From Raillietiella orientalis (Eukaryota), in NCBI GenBank assembly GCA_036172245.1, contig JAYWIR010000034.1:620001-684000 (forward strand): a stretch of 64,000 nucleotides of DNA. Direction: 5' to 3'. The position numbers were made by a program, and so were the translations under genes. Shown here in pieces: positions 12,271 through 25,485 of this stretch. The notes beneath the pieces are model-generated. The model did no database searches. It was not told where the DNA came from and saw only the letters and a list, made by a program, of their open reading frames with translations. Numbering within the stretch: the stretch's first letter is position 1; each line of letters starts with the position of its first letter.

Positions 12271-15019
12271 CATGATGCCAGCGTTGGCTTCACAGGAAAC
12301 TTTGGTTCCGGAAGAGTGTTGCTCGGTGCTGTCACAGGAAAGGAAGCACTGAACCTCCCAGGAGGTTGGTGGGCCCACTGACAACTACGGGGGGTGGTCG
12401 ATATCTCCTGTTCGCTAGTGCAGCCTTTCAGGCGCTAACACCGAGTGCGTGGAGTCCGCAATATCTCGAGCCGACCAGCTACTTAGCGGTTCACTCTCTT
12501 TTGCTGTGTGGCATGCGACCTCTTATCTTGCCGGCTGACCACTACGCACCTGATGGCACTGCTGTCGGGAAGAGTAGGAATTTCCCAGAGCTTCCACCCT
12601 TCGGCCGCCTCCAGCCTCCAAGCGTTCCTCGCCTGCAAGGTGTCCACTTGTAATCTCCTAGTGGCAACGCAATCGAGTCAAACGAAGAGCACAGACCATG
12701 ACTTCGCCTGAGGTCACGTGAAAGGATAGCCGCAGGTTTTTCAAAGCTTGCTGAGTTCCTCATGAAAACGCGCGAAGGAAGACACGAGTGGTGCTCCGCG
12801 GTTTTATCGAGTAGGTCAACCTCCGGGAGTGTGCTTCTACCGCGTCCTGGAAAGGGTAGTAATCCGTGCACAGTCACGTGATCTATCGGGTGCAAATTCC
12901 AGAAGCAGATCCATTCCTTTCTGTGAGCATCCCCCAAGCGCTCGCCCCAGGAGTCTTGGCTGCCTCGCCGCACGCCTTCCTCCCGGCTCCCTTCCCAGCA
13001 GATGGCAGTTTTCCTCGAGGAGGTCCCAAGAAGGGAAGAAGTTTTTCCTTCATCCCTTTCCTGGAATTCGGAGGGGAAGAAAAAGGAGAAGTAAAAGAGG
13101 AAAAGGGAAGGAGAACTCCAGAGCGCCGCTTAGCGCTCTCCTTGTTTGTTCGGACTTTCTCCTAGCCGAGCCGGACATTCCAGGTGGAAAGGTGGAAAAG
13201 AGGGAGCAGGGAGGAAAGGAGCAAGAGTCCTTTTCCCCTTTCCTGCTCCTCCCTTCAATGAGCTCCTGTTTCCTCCTTCCTGTCCCTGTTTCTGGCCCAT
13301 GAGACTTACAGCACCTCTCTTCCCTGAGGAGCAGCTGCTTGAGGAATGGTCACTGTTCTGGAGCAAAGAGAGGTCCCTGGGCTACCTGTTTGCATCTCAC
13401 AAGATTCCTAAGCTTATAGAAAGCTTCGGGTAAAGAAGAGGAGGCTGGAAGAGGCATCCTGAGTGGGGCAGTTAAAAGACATGCCTAGAAGACACTCTTC
13501 CTGCAGGTCCCTCGCTGCCTCTGTGGGAAGAGAAGGGCATCTCCAAGGAGAAGCTGTCTCTGGCTACAGCTAGAGCTCCAGGCTCTGAGGCACTACATCT
13601 GAGGGAAGGAGGAGAACAGAGTGGTGACTCTCCTTGAAGTAATTACCCCTCCTCACTCTTCCACTCTACCTGAAGGAGGGGCGAAGAGCCGGTGAGCGGT
13701 GCTCGCAGCCTTCCTTCTCTCCCACAGCAGAACTTCATTCCCAGCTTCCACTCACCACTTTCCTATGTGAATTCTTGGAGGTAGGGAAGCGTTTGCCGTG
13801 ACGACAGCATCGGTTGACGGAGGAACTCGATCAACCCATGATCACAGATGAATTTCCATTGACTGGTGGCATCTACACATCTACATCCAGCGCTCCCCTG
13901 GTTCTCTGACAAGAGATGGACCTTCCCATTTACCTCCGGTCCGGCTACCGTACAGACTGGTCTAGGTCACAGTACTCCCCGAGATCCATTGGTTCTTCGA
14001 GGCCTCCTGGACGGAGCATTTATGACTTGTCCTGGGTTCATCCTCCAGGAACACCGAAAGCTTCCGACAGATAAGGGCAAGGAGAGAGGGGAGTTTGCCG
14101 GCTTCGATTCCAGGCTACTTGGATCCCGAACCAAATATCGATGGCTTAGTGTGGGGGGAGGGAAGTGGATGGATGCTGAAGTGGAAGACACGGGTGCGTT
14201 ATTGGGATATGGACCGCGAGAATAGGGCTCTAGCTCTAGAAGATTCGAGAACCTCTTTCCTGACTCTTTCCTTTTTTTCGTTTGGTACCGTTCGTCGAGT
14301 CTGGGTGTCCCTCTCCGCAGGTTCTGCTAGGACACGAATGAGTAGGCCGGTCTTCTGAAAATGGCAGCAGCTCCAGAGCTGGAGTGGCAAGGAGGTGCAC
14401 AAAGTCGGCGAGTGAAGGTCTGAGCCCACTGGAACTCAGGGGCACTGGGAGAAAGGCTAGGATGGAGTAACAGTGGGATGATAGTAAGGAGGAAGAAAAG
14501 AAGGAAAGAGAGGTGGAAAGGGAGAAAAGGGCCCAGGGATGAGTGTTAGATTTATTTCCTGCTCACTTCCAATCCTGGGAAACGAGCGCGAATCTCATGC
14601 TGAGACGTTCACATCGTGGTCGACAGAGCATTATCGCAGGAAGAGTCCATCCGCAAAGGACGCCTGCCTGGAGAAAGGAACCCGCGCGATACTCCTAACT
14701 AGAGAAAGGGACCCGCGCGACGACGAGGATGCCTGATAGGGGAAGGTCACCATCACGTTCAGTGGAGCGCAGTAGACGGACAGAAGCTGCCTGTTTCTCC
14801 CAGAGAAACAGCAGCGACTGCGAACAACCGTTTCACAGAAGTGAAAGCAGGAGTAGCAGAGCACAGAGGAAGAGTTGCTTCTAGTACCTCTGCAGGTTCT
14901 TTGGCTTCAGGACAAGCAGAATGGTTTTCTGCAAGCAAATCCAGAGCCGGTTTCCTAAGGCAACGAAAAGGTGCACGAACTTTCTGAAGGCTTCTCTAAG
15001 TCCCACAATTAGAAGGAAA

Positions 15020-15230
15020 GAGCAGAAATGATCTTGCCGAAGCCATCGGCGGCGACCAGGTTTCCCAGGAACCCGGAAGACTTTCTGCATCTGGCATCTA
15101 GCTCGCGCGCACCCCAGTAGGTGCGCATGGAGCAGGGGGCTGCAAGGACTCAAGGGAAGTTTTGCAAAGACAACTTTCCGTTTTCGACCATCTTACCTGT
15201 CCCACATCTCTTTCCTCAAGGCGCTAACTG
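15020..15230 (+). pseudogene. Short degenerate RT fragment (domains 2-3)
   Basis: LAEAIGGDQVSQEPGR (cf. I..DQ.GF..GR) followed by FDHL (cf. KAFD). Confidence 0.3.
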
Positions 15231-15641
15231 GAAAGACTTATCTACTTCTGGAGGTCGACGGAGAGACTTCTTCTTTCGGAGGGAAGGCACCATTCAATAT
15301 ATTATCTGTTCCCATTGAAAAAATGACCTCCGTCCGCATCCGAGTTTTCAGATCCTTGTGTCCGCGCTGCGGATTCCCGTAGCAAAAGGAATTCAGTCGG
15401 GAGTAGGGTCCCCCTTTCTCCCCAAGTCGGAGCGATCAGAGATCCTTCACTGGGCAGAAAGTCACGTGCGAGTGCCAGCAGAGCTGCGACCACGCACGGC
15501 GCTCTGAGAAGGACGTGTCACGAGTCCATGCTTTTCAGGCTGGAATTCGAAGAACCTAAGATGCACTTGGGAGCATCTGGTACTCTGACTTCCTCCTTCT
15601 TCCTCTCTCTTCCCAAGATCTTCTGAACGAGTTGTGGAAGG

Positions 15642-15938
15642 GTGCAAGACCTGAGGGAAAGCGAGTACAGACGGAAGGATCCGGGCAGAGCTTCAGGGCT
15701 CTGCAAGCTTCAGAAACAGAAAGAACTCGCGGAAGACTCCCCAAACCTTGATAAATCCTTTGTGGGTTGTGGAGTTTCCTTAAAGGGGGAAGTCGCTACC
15801 TGCCACACCTGCCAAAAGAGGACGGGAAGCGATCGAATTGTGCTTGCAAAGGGAGACAGAGGTGCCCTTCTTCCCGGGAAGAAGGAAGAAAATGGGATAG
15901 TGGAAGACTGTCGAGAAGATGACCTCCGGTTTCTCTAG
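15642..15938 (+). pseudogene. Possible gag/ORF1 zinc-knuckle remnant
   Basis: LCKLQKQKELAEDSPN and TCHTCQK resemble decayed CCHC knuckles. Confidence 0.3.
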
Positions 15939-16079
15939 GAGGAAGCAGTTCCCTTGGTGCTCTTCCCCCGATGATCCCCCGGGGAAAGTCTTATTTTTAT
16001 CCTTCTTGTTCCTCTCCTTGCCACTTCCATCAGTGGACATCCGCGCTGTTTTCTCTTTCCTCCAGCTGAGCATGGAGCT

Positions 16080-16650
16080 CCATGGCAATCAGTTACCGGC
16101 CATCTGCTGAAAGCCAAAGTCCCTGAATCGCCTATGTTGTGGTTCCTCCGGGCGCAAACGGGCTGGATCTCCATCTCTCCATCCCGTTTGTGCCGGGAGC
16201 TGCCAACAAATCTGCAGCAGCCAATGTTAGCGGGGCCATTGAGTTCGGTCCATGGCTCCCTCGGTTTGAGTAACAGCTGACGCGCTACCGCTCCTTCCGC
16301 AGGAGCATACTCAGCGGTGTCATGGAACTGGCCCGACGCCGAACGATTTCTTCGGACATCATCCCTGAGGTTCGTTCCACTGCTGTAACTGAGTCCTGTT
16401 AGGGATGATGTAGAAGAAAGTGGACAAGTGGCCTATGGTCAGATAACGGTTAGCCTCCGCGGCGGAAAGGGGAGGAAGCGAGCGGCGAGGGAAAGAAGGA
16501 GATTCTCCTCCGGTTGAGCTACCGACTATCGGAAAAAAGAGTCTGTAGGACATACGAAACCACTCGTGGTAGTGTCTGAGGGAAAAACATCAGCAGGCAA
16601 TGCGCTTGCGGTACACGGGCTGTAGGAAGAAGGTCATTCTAGCTCGTTTC
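16080..16650 (-). pseudogene. Possible APE-type endonuclease remnant (LINE ORF2 N-terminus)
   Basis: Decayed motifs in the expected order: YRLFF…STGG, EYAP (cf. vYAP), AAADL (cf. GDFN position). Confidence 0.25.
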
Positions 16651-17051
16651 CAGAGAGGAGGCTTGAAGGTCTGGGAGAAAGACCTTCTTTAGAGCCAGAA
16701 AGTCTTCTTTTCCCCTGAATCTTCGAGGGTGGATCCAGGGGATAGGTGATCCAGAATGAAGAGTCAAAGAGGATCCCTTTCTCGTTATAAATGGATTCTT
16801 TCTAGAGAAAGGAAAGGGCTAACAAAGAAAAATAGGGAAAAGAAGTCTTCCTCTCCACCTAGGGACAGCTGCCAGTCTACGGGAGGTGCTCCTTGATTGG
16901 AGCCGTCCAGGAAAGGACGGGAAGAGTGAAAGATGCGTGCGAGGCAGCAGCAGGAGCAACGGAGTAAGAAAACATTCACAGAGGGGGAAGAGGAAATGAA
17001 TTGGCTAGGAGGAGAGCCTGTATTGTTTCCCCTCTCTGCCTAGCTGGATCT

Positions 17052-18680
17052 CACCCGAGTATGCCGGTACGTTCATTTTAATATAAATAAACAATTATAG
17101 AGAACTGTGGTTGGACTACTGGTGGTCCAACCACGTGCATTTTACCAGGAACCTGCCGGGTTACCGGTTCGCAGACCAGTGAGGTCCACCACGGCAGCAA
17201 ACAAAAAGAGAAAAAGAAACAGAAAAAAGAAATAAATAAACTTTGGGGGAAGGGGAGAGGGAAGAGGGTGCGGGAAGGGATCACTGTCTGCTGGCAGCGG
17301 TTCGCTGCATCTTCTGTAGGAAGCCGACAACCTCTTGCTGCGCATGGCGGTCCAAGTGGGAGCATCTCGTTGCCATCCTCATGAATCGAACGGCAAATTA
17401 AATGATGTCCCTGTCTCTGTGCCCTCCTCTTGAGTTGCTTCAGGCAAAGACAATACCAGGTAGGCAGCACAGGGCTGCTAGTGAGGCTGCGGTCCGAAGT
17501 GCGTCGCCAATGAGAAGGGGTTTTAAAGCGCCCCTGGAGTTGTCGCTGGGAGTTTCTAGGGTCGCGCAAAGCGTTCCCAGAACGGCCGAAGGCAACACAG
17601 TCCACCTGCAGGTGTGGGAAGGAGTCATGCTCCCCACACCTGCCATAGTTGGGGTTCGCCTTTCCCATGTCCAGTGATGTCGGCGGGCGCTGCACGGGAG
17701 ACCCCAGTGCAGCAACAGCAGCGCCGACTCCTGCCACTCAGTGGAGGGATCTGCCCATTCAAAAGCGCTGGGGCACACTGCAGATCTGCTATTTGGGAAT
17801 TTCTTTCACCAAAATTCCCTATAGCTCGCTCCGGACCAAAAGTCCTCGTGGGGGGCAATTAGGGTCGCAGCAGCTTCCGTGAGCTGGATCGTCGTCCACT
17901 TGCCCAGTCCTTTTCTCCTCCCTAAGATGTTATCATTAACCTCCCATCTAGCCGCAAGGCTGCTGCCCATAAGTTCTCTGGAAGAGAGCAGCGCTGCAGC
18001 AAGGGATTTTTTCCTACCACTCACTCTTCAAGGGATGTTCCAGGATCTCCTGGAGCGAGCAGTTGTAAAAGCAGTACAGCAAGCGCTGCACCTGTTCCTG
18101 TCATGGCCCGTTGTGCTCCGCGCAAGTGCGAATGCTGGAAGTGCCTGGCTCCCTGGAACCAGGCACTACCGTTCGCGGGGTGGCACGGGATCCATCCAAT
18201 GTTCTTCTTGGTGAGCGTGGCTATCCACCGAAGCTGCAGTTCACAGTGGGAGATATTGCAACGATGGCGCTCAAGGAAGGATACTAGTCTTCCTCTGCCG
18301 GTGGTTTGCTCGACGAGGAAGCGTGCAGGGTCTCACCAGAAGGTACTCCAAAACTTCGGCACAAGTGCAGGAATCCTGAACTGGAGCTGCAGCTCCATCA
18401 GCTCCAGCGTCGGTAGTTCGAGTCCATGAGACGGAGAGCACAAGTCCTTCAAGTGGACTCGGGACCTTCCCTTGCCCCAAAGGGCGATCCTCAGGAAGTC
18501 CTTCGTCCGTTTCCTGATCCTCTCCGGTAGGGGGACAAAAAAATTAGGAAGCGGAAAAGAAGGGATTCGAAGGGATTTTCCACAGCGCGGCTTGTTCCGG
18601 CAAGTGAGACTTGCCTCCTTGGAACAGGCCGGGCAACCTCCTCGAAACAGGCTCTGCTTTCTGGAGACGCCTGCCTAGCT
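17052..18680 (-). mobile_element. 5'-truncated L1/Tx1-like element
   Basis: LWGKGRSRVHLKDLCS…TLELMELQ region at 18380-18480, LLLLHWGLP, RCGEHDSFPHLQVDC (ORF 17078..17737), T-rich UTR, terminal hairpin at 17054-17067. Confidence 0.8.
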
Positions 18681-19700
18681 GGAGGGTTACTTCCTTCTAC
18701 TCTTCCAGTTTGTTCCTCCCAGCTGCACTGAATGCTTCTTTTCCGCCTTCGGGCGGGCAGCAGATGTCCAGCACTATTATTGGATTTCTTATCTTTAATA
18801 CCAAGTCTGGTCGCAGGAGGGAATCGGTTCCTGGAGCTCTCTGGTTGGTGGACACTAGGATCCACTTTGTTTCATCCACCGCGACCGCGCTGATCATTTC
18901 TTAAATCGAGTTATGTCGCGCAGTGGACAGATGAAAGTGCCTCCTGCATCGGTTTAGGTGAGTATGAGGCTGAGACATGAGGTGCATGACCCACCTCTTG
19001 GTTCCCGATAACATGCAAGGTTTTCCTTGTTTAACTCCACAGGTTCCGGAATCGGATTTCTCTAGAAGGGGAGGAAGACTTCTTCTTCCCTATTTTCCTA
19101 CTGCAGAGGGGTCAATACATTGGTCCAAATAAGGGAGAATCCAGACAATCGAAGCATGGAAACGGAAGAGGGGTCTAAAAAGGAAGGGAACTTCTTCTGT
19201 CTACACCGCTCATGGAGAAGGAAGCGCCTCACTGTCTGCTCGTTGCCGAATATTCCAGCTGTTGGATGACGAGTCAAGTGGAATCCAAAAGATTCGACTG
19301 CCTCCTGAGTAAGGCTGAGGGGGAACATTTCGAGCGTGTCCTGGGTAACCAGCACGTGCGGCTAAGATGGGGCGGATCACAGAGGGGTTGCTCATTTGCT
19401 TGCACCTCGCGGTCAGGAATGGTGATGATTATTCCTCCCACGTTCTGATAAGTTCCCGGCTAATCTGACTGCATCAGCTCCATCTAATCCGGTTGACGTG
19501 TTCCGTGGAAATTACTTCCTATGCTCTTTGCAGGATGGCACCAGGAAGAATTCATTATTTAGGACCAGTGTATACGCAGTGATCCGTGGACAGTCAAGGG
19601 AAAAAAGCGCGATGGGTCCGGTTGTAGATGACGTAGACCTTCCAACTCTATTCCCTCCATCCCAGGAATGAGGAAGGATCACTGCTCATTCTTGCGAATA
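18680..19700 (-). mobile_element. Internally deleted RLE-type (NeSL/Utopia-like) non-LTR element
   Basis: HLNRCRRHFHLSTARHNSI followed by ORF 18697..18897 LLRPDLVLKIRNPIIVLDICCPPEGGKEAFSAAGRNKLEE gives RH + PD..D + K nuclease motifs; STGLDG (SPGPDG-like) near 19490. Confidence 0.75.
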
Positions 19701-21104
19701 ATCCACTCTGTTTCTTTTTGTTTTTTCTATCTGAGAATGTGGAGTTTGAAACAAGGATGATCTTGCATGTCATCGGGAACCGAGAGGTGAGTCATGCATC
19801 CACGCGACTCGAAGGAGTCTGTCGAGTGCTGTCCAGGTGGGAGGAGCTTCAAAGGCGGGAGCACAACCCCGTGTCCGTCTTTATTTTGCCTGTCTGCCCG
19901 AAATACAGCGTCATGTCATTCATTTGGCCATCTTTCTGGAGGGGCGACTGACTACTGGCTCATTCCGGCCGTCTCAGCACCGAGGCTAGTTGTTCTCGGG
20001 CTAAGAGGTAGAGAAGGCTCTCTGAGAGCTGGCGGGCAAGTTTACCGCAACAAGGTTCGGATCAAAGCCTCCCTTTGGGCACACGGAAGAAGGAAATTTT
20101 CCCACCGTAAGTGCTTTTCGGAGCAGAAGTTTGGCAGTGGATCATTCATGTTTCATTATCCCACCTGCTCATTTTGGATGCACCGCAGAATGCCGTATGT
20201 TTGTTTGCGTGACCAGGAACGTTAATTTCCTGATGATTGAAACCAGCTCTCTGACGGGACTTCCGCATCCAAAGATCACACTCAGAAATTTAGTGTATTC
20301 TGTCACAGCAGGTCCATATGTTCCCTGGGGCACCTGCTGTCGTGGCATTGCTGATGACCGCACTGCATTTTTCCGGGACTCTGTTTCTATGCTGTTTTCC
20401 AAGGGAATTTCAGTGCTTGTTGGTGTGGAAACTGCTACATCTTGCTTCACTGTGGATGAACTAAAGAATCTTTTAACTGGAGGCTGAGGACTAGCTACTC
20501 AAACCCCCATCCACTCAACGCCCGGCAGCAATGTTTACTGAAGGTTCAGATCGCACGTCCTTGCAAGAGATGCGATGCCTGAATCGAGTTTTTAGGAGAA
20601 AAGGGCGTTGTCGTCGAAAGTCTTAAATTGATACATTGCGTGGCGACAGCCAATTCCCACTCTCGCGATGCCGTTCTCGAGATTAGATTTCGCTACGGAT
20701 TAAGCAACAGGCAACATTCCGAATCCACTTTATGGCCTGTGGCTTCTGAAAGCCCACGCAGTTTCTCCGGCACATTGCGTGAATTGAGAAGCACAAAGAT
20801 CCTTGTGAACGGAAGTTTGATGTTTGAATATCTTTCTTCATTCAGGTTGTTGCTTTCACACTGCTCGCTGGCCTCCTGTTCAAGACAGTCTCGAAGTATC
20901 ACCCGGATCTCTCTTCTTCCTCGCAGTGACTCATCCTGCAAGTCTCTTGCTTCAGATGCATTCTCCAAAGATTCCTGGAAGGGGCTGTGCTCCCTTTGTT
21001 CAAAATTTTTGCTATGTAAAATGAACGTTTGGAGAGTTTTCCATGGTTTCCGACGTCTGGTCATTTGGCTGCCAGAGCAATGCTATCTTCATGACCAACG
21101 AGCG

Positions 21105-21290
21105 CGCCGTTCACTACAGGCCCGCGTTATCGGCCTTGAGGTTACGACCCCCTTATGTGGCCCCAACAGATGCGTGTTCAAAGCCCCATGTGGAGGATCA
21201 ATGCTGAGAAATAGGTACGTCGTAAGTTTCGAGTCCTATACGCAGGACGTTGCTAGTTGTTCTAGATGCTTCGGGTTTGCCACTTGTTGA
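21105..21290 (+). mobile_element. SINE copy 2, 5' head (split by LINE insertion)
   Basis: gtgttcaaagccccatgtggaggatcaatgctgag…gtttcgagtcc…cgcaggacgttgct matches the head of the copies at 31.1, 35.2 and 60.7 kb. Confidence 0.7.
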
Positions 21291-22833
21291 TACCCGGTCA
21301 CGCCAGGGCGTTTAATTATAAAACAAACCTATATGACTGTGGCGGGACGTTTGATCCTGCAACGTTACTTATGAATACGAAAAGGAGCCTGCCGAGATCT
21401 GGCACGCAGGCCAGCGAGGTGCTCCTTGGCAGCACAAGGGAAGGGAAGACAAACAAAAAGAAAAAAACAAAACAAAAACACATAGCCAAAAAAAAGGGAG
21501 GGGGGTTCGGGAAGGGATCACTGTGTGTTGAAGGGCGTCTCCTGCATCCTTGTAAGGATACCGGCAGATTCCTCTTATATCCTTCCCAGATGGGGCCATT
21601 TTGACGCTGTCCTCATGGAGAGGACAGCAAACTAAATGGGCATCCCTGTGGTTCTGGTCTCTAAAGTTGCTCCATGCAGCCACGATCCTGCATAGGCAAC
21701 AAAGTGCTGCTAGGGATGAGGCCGGTGTGAGGGCGTCGCGCAGGAAGAAGCGCTTTACGAAGTCTCGGGTTTTGCCGAAGGAGGGTTCCAAGGGTGGCAG
21801 CAAAGCGTTCTTAAAGGGATCGGAGGGCAATACAGTTCACTTGGAGGTGAGGGAAGGATTCCCGCTCTTCGCACTTTGCACAGTTTGAATTCACACAGAC
21901 CCGTGTCCATAGATGCCGGCGGGCGTTGCACTGGAGTCCCCACTGCAGCAACAGCAATGCCGACTTCTTTCACTTTAAAGGGAGGTTGCGGGTGTTCATG
22001 TGCACCAAGAGCCACTGCAGGTCTTCCTTCGGAATACCCATTAGTACGTTCCAACGCAAAAGTCCACGAGGTCGAGCACCCAGGGTTGCAGCATCAGTGA
22101 GCTGGCCCAACGTACACTCGCTCAGTCCTTTTCTCCCTCCGGAAATTTCCGCAGGAACCTCCCATCTAGCCGTAAGGCATTTGATCCATGGCCCATATGC
22201 TTCCTAAGGGAGGGCAGCATGGCGAGGGAGGTTCTGTTTGCCAATGCACTCTTCGCGGGATCTTCCAGGATCTCCCGGAGCGTGCAGCTGTTGTTGCTCG
22301 CGTACAGGAAACGTCGCCCCTATTCCGCGCTTGGCTCCTGGATTCTCGCCCACGTGCGAACGGTTTTCTGCAAACAGGCACTTCCGTTCAAGGGCGGCAC
22401 GAGATCCATCCGCTTTTCCTCGCCAGCGTGGTTACCTGCCGCAGGTGCAGTCCACCGTGGATGAGACTGCATGGACGACGCGCAAGGAAGGACGCGATTC
22501 CCAGGCTGCTTGTGGCTTGCGGGACGAGAAAATGTACAGGTTGGCACCAGGTGGTGCTCCAGAATTTTTTCACGAGGACCAATGTTCGACACTGGAGCTG
22601 CAGCTTCATCCGTTCCAGCGTCAGAAGGCCTAGGCAGCCGTCCCGGCGCGGAGCACACAAGTCCCTTAGGTGGACTCGAGGCCTCTTTTTGCCCCAGAGG
22701 GCGATCCGGATGAGTTCCTTTGTCCGCTTTCAAATGCTGCATGGCGGTGGGCAAACAAAAAGCAAGGGGCAGAGTAGAAGGGCCACAAACGTGTTCCACA
22801 CCGTGGTTCGCTCCGGCAGGTAAAACCTGCCTC
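21291..22833 (-). mobile_element. 5'-truncated L1/Tx1-like element inserted in a SINE
   Basis: ORF 22388..22660 CAPRRDGCLGLLTLERMKLQLQ; Cys-rich end near 21830-21900; UTR; hairpin at 21293-21308; flanked by a decayed TSD. Confidence 0.8.
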
Positions 22834-22990
22834 TTTGGCACTGGTAGGAGCCAAAAAAACCCGGATATCCTTCGGGATTGAAAGTTGACCCTCCGAGGTC
22901 CTTCCAGGAATCAAGGAGTTGGTTTCCTTCTGGGTTTCCCTCAGAGACATCCAGGGAGAGGGTTTCCTCCAGGATTTCTTCCTGAGTGTA
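22834..22990 (+). mobile_element. SINE copy 2, continuation
   Basis: gattgaaagttgaccctccgagg…ccaggaatcaaggag…tttccttc matches the SINE body at 31300-31365. Confidence 0.7.
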
Positions 22991-23920
22991 AGAGGTTCGT
23001 TGCGATGTTAAGTAGCGAAGAGCTAAGCAAGCAGTCATCTCTCTCTGATGGCTCTGACGTGTCTGATGGCTTGCACTTCTGCTGCACAAGAGTGGATGCA
23101 TTTGTATACATGTCACTGATGACGTTTTTAAAGATTTCTCCTGTTCCGCTTTCTTCCATGCTTCAGCTCGTGAACGGCTGTTCCAAATGCATTTCGAGAC
23201 CTAAAAATACAGTTCTGGGAGTGGTCTCTAGGGTCGTCCGCCCTGGTCTACAGAATGATTCCACTGGAGAAAGTCCTCAACATATAAAAGGAATGCCGTC
23301 TGCTACGAATGGACCTTCCATTTATGGACCTTCCATCAATAGACAACAGCTGATTCTTCTATGGAAGCGTCCCGCATGGAAGTGATAAATGAAATGGACC
23401 ATCGACATGGACCTCTACCTGTGATTCTTTCTGACACTGCAGACGATTTTCAGGTTGCTCAGGACATTGTCCTCGAATGCTTTCAGTGCTCTAGAGCAGT
23501 CTGCTGAATGTATGGCATATGTTAAAGATATCTGTTAGCGTTGCTGCCTCCGGAGACACCGACACAGAGATAACCAAGATAGATGCATGATGTCCGAAGA
23601 ACACAAGATTCTCATCTCAAAATGTTTAAGATGATTTTCGATCACCGGAAATGCAACACCAGATGCACCGAGATCTTCCCACTTTGTCCCCAGTCCTCTG
23701 GATAAAAGTGCTTTAGTGCATGATCTTGCAATATGAGACTTGATTGTCTGAGGGCGATGCTTGATCATCAGAATCGAGAGAGCAGCCATGACGAGCTATG
23801 GTGCCTCTAAACTCAATACATGGAAGTCAAGGACCATCCGTGTGCCTTTTGGAAACAAAATCAGGGCTTTCTTAATGTAGCCATCTATAAACAGGAGCTG
23901 CTTTTTCTGGAATGCTTGAT
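22990..23920 (-). pseudogene. Degenerate RT region of an RLE-type element
   Basis: KAAP..DG at ~23890, NAFGTAVHEL at ~23190, and ORF 22941..23159 GEIFKNVISDMYTNASTLV…DCLLSSSLLNIA (QGCPLSPxLFNI-like). Confidence 0.6.
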
Positions 23921-24699
23921 AGATCGGTTCAAACGGATCACTCTCTAAATAGAGTCACTCAGGCATTCGGGCAACATGTTGTGAGAGCTCTTTGCAGCGA
24001 TTGATGTAAGTATATGCGGTCATAAATATCTTTGCTCTGCAAACTGAGGACACCATAATCATTCCGGAAAATCTGGAAGGGATTGTCTGTGATACCTACG
24101 AGAGCACCATCTGGAAGCTGAGGAAAGCGTAGTGAATAGAGGGCAGTTGGGCATGCCCCAGTTTTCTGTACTCCAGGTGCATTGGGTCTTGATGATGGGA
24201 AGTCTGAAATCTGGCTCTGAACAGCTTTTTGGAAAGTTCTCGTTGGTATCCTGATCTTTGCGAGAGGATAATAGAATTTAGAGAAATAAGAATCCAGGGT
24301 ACGAACCGGAAACCGAAATAGAGCCTTAAACGAGAGGGGGAAAAGGATGATACTTTGGATGTTGGAGAATTGCATCTCTTGTAAATCCTGGATTTTCATG
24401 CCAGCAGTGGATGATGTTCTGAACATGCGGAAGCAAAATACAAGTGTTTAAGGATGAATCAGGAAAGTTTGGGGGCTCTTCCTTATCCCAAATGCCTCCG
24501 AGGTCTAATCTGGTAGTTGATGCGAGGATATCGAAAGAAACGTGGCCTCCACGACTATTGGAATGATTGCAGCCTTGCAGATTTAAGAGGTCTCTGAAGA
24601 ATTCTAAATTTTTGCTGTCGGTCAAGAATCTCTTCAGAGAGCTGAAGCGTGTTGCGGGATTGGTCCCTGGGAGTGATCGCTAATGCTTTGCTTACAGGG

Positions 24700-25485
24700 G
24701 AGCATGTTTTTTGTTTTTGGTTCGCCAAGTACTCAAGAACCGCCTTTCGACTGGAGGTTCCCGGAGCTCTTTAACACTGGTCCACATCACTCAAGAGTGA
24801 GTGTAGTAACTCTTTAGGTTATGGGGTACCCTGGCAGGGGATCACATTATGAATTCAGGACGGGTTCTGAAGAAAGGATTCGTTCCTCTCGCGCCTGGGA
24901 GGGAATTCTGAAGGGGTCCTCTGCCTTATTCGCTCTGGAATGACCACCCGGAAGGGTGATCTCTTTTCATTTCTTCTCTGAAGGGAACTCGGAAAGGATC
25001 CGCTCCTGGAATCATTCTACGGAGGGATGCACAGGAAAGGATACGCTCCTCATTTCCTTCTCCGAAGAAAACTCCGAAGGGACGCTTCCAAATTTTCTCT
25101 GAAGGGTTGCTCCAGAATGGAGCAGCGCACTTCTTCACGCTCTGGAGAGGTATCAATCCATCAACTGCTTGGCACAAGATGGAAAGGGTTCCTCCCGAGG
25201 GCAGACGGGGAGATGGCTCATATTTTGCACAACCGGAGGGGAACCCTGAAGGAAACCGACTCCTAAACTCTGATTCCTGGAAGGACTCTGGAGTGTCAAC
25301 TTTCAATCGGGGCCACTCATTCATCTTCCATCGGTGCCGCACTTGAATATTGGCCAACCAGCAGGAGGAACTGGCTCAATCACGACGCACCCATTTCTCT
25401 GACATCGATCCTTCCTCGGGCGGGATTCGAATCTGCAACGCTTGCTGCCACGAGCGGAGGCAGCAGCCACGTGGCTCCACGGGAA
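24700..25485 (-). mobile_element. tRNA-derived SINE copy 3
   Basis: Head (reverse complement) tggagccacgtgg…ctcgtggca…agattcgaatccc; repeat array at 24890-25090; A-rich tail at 24706-24722. Confidence 0.8.
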
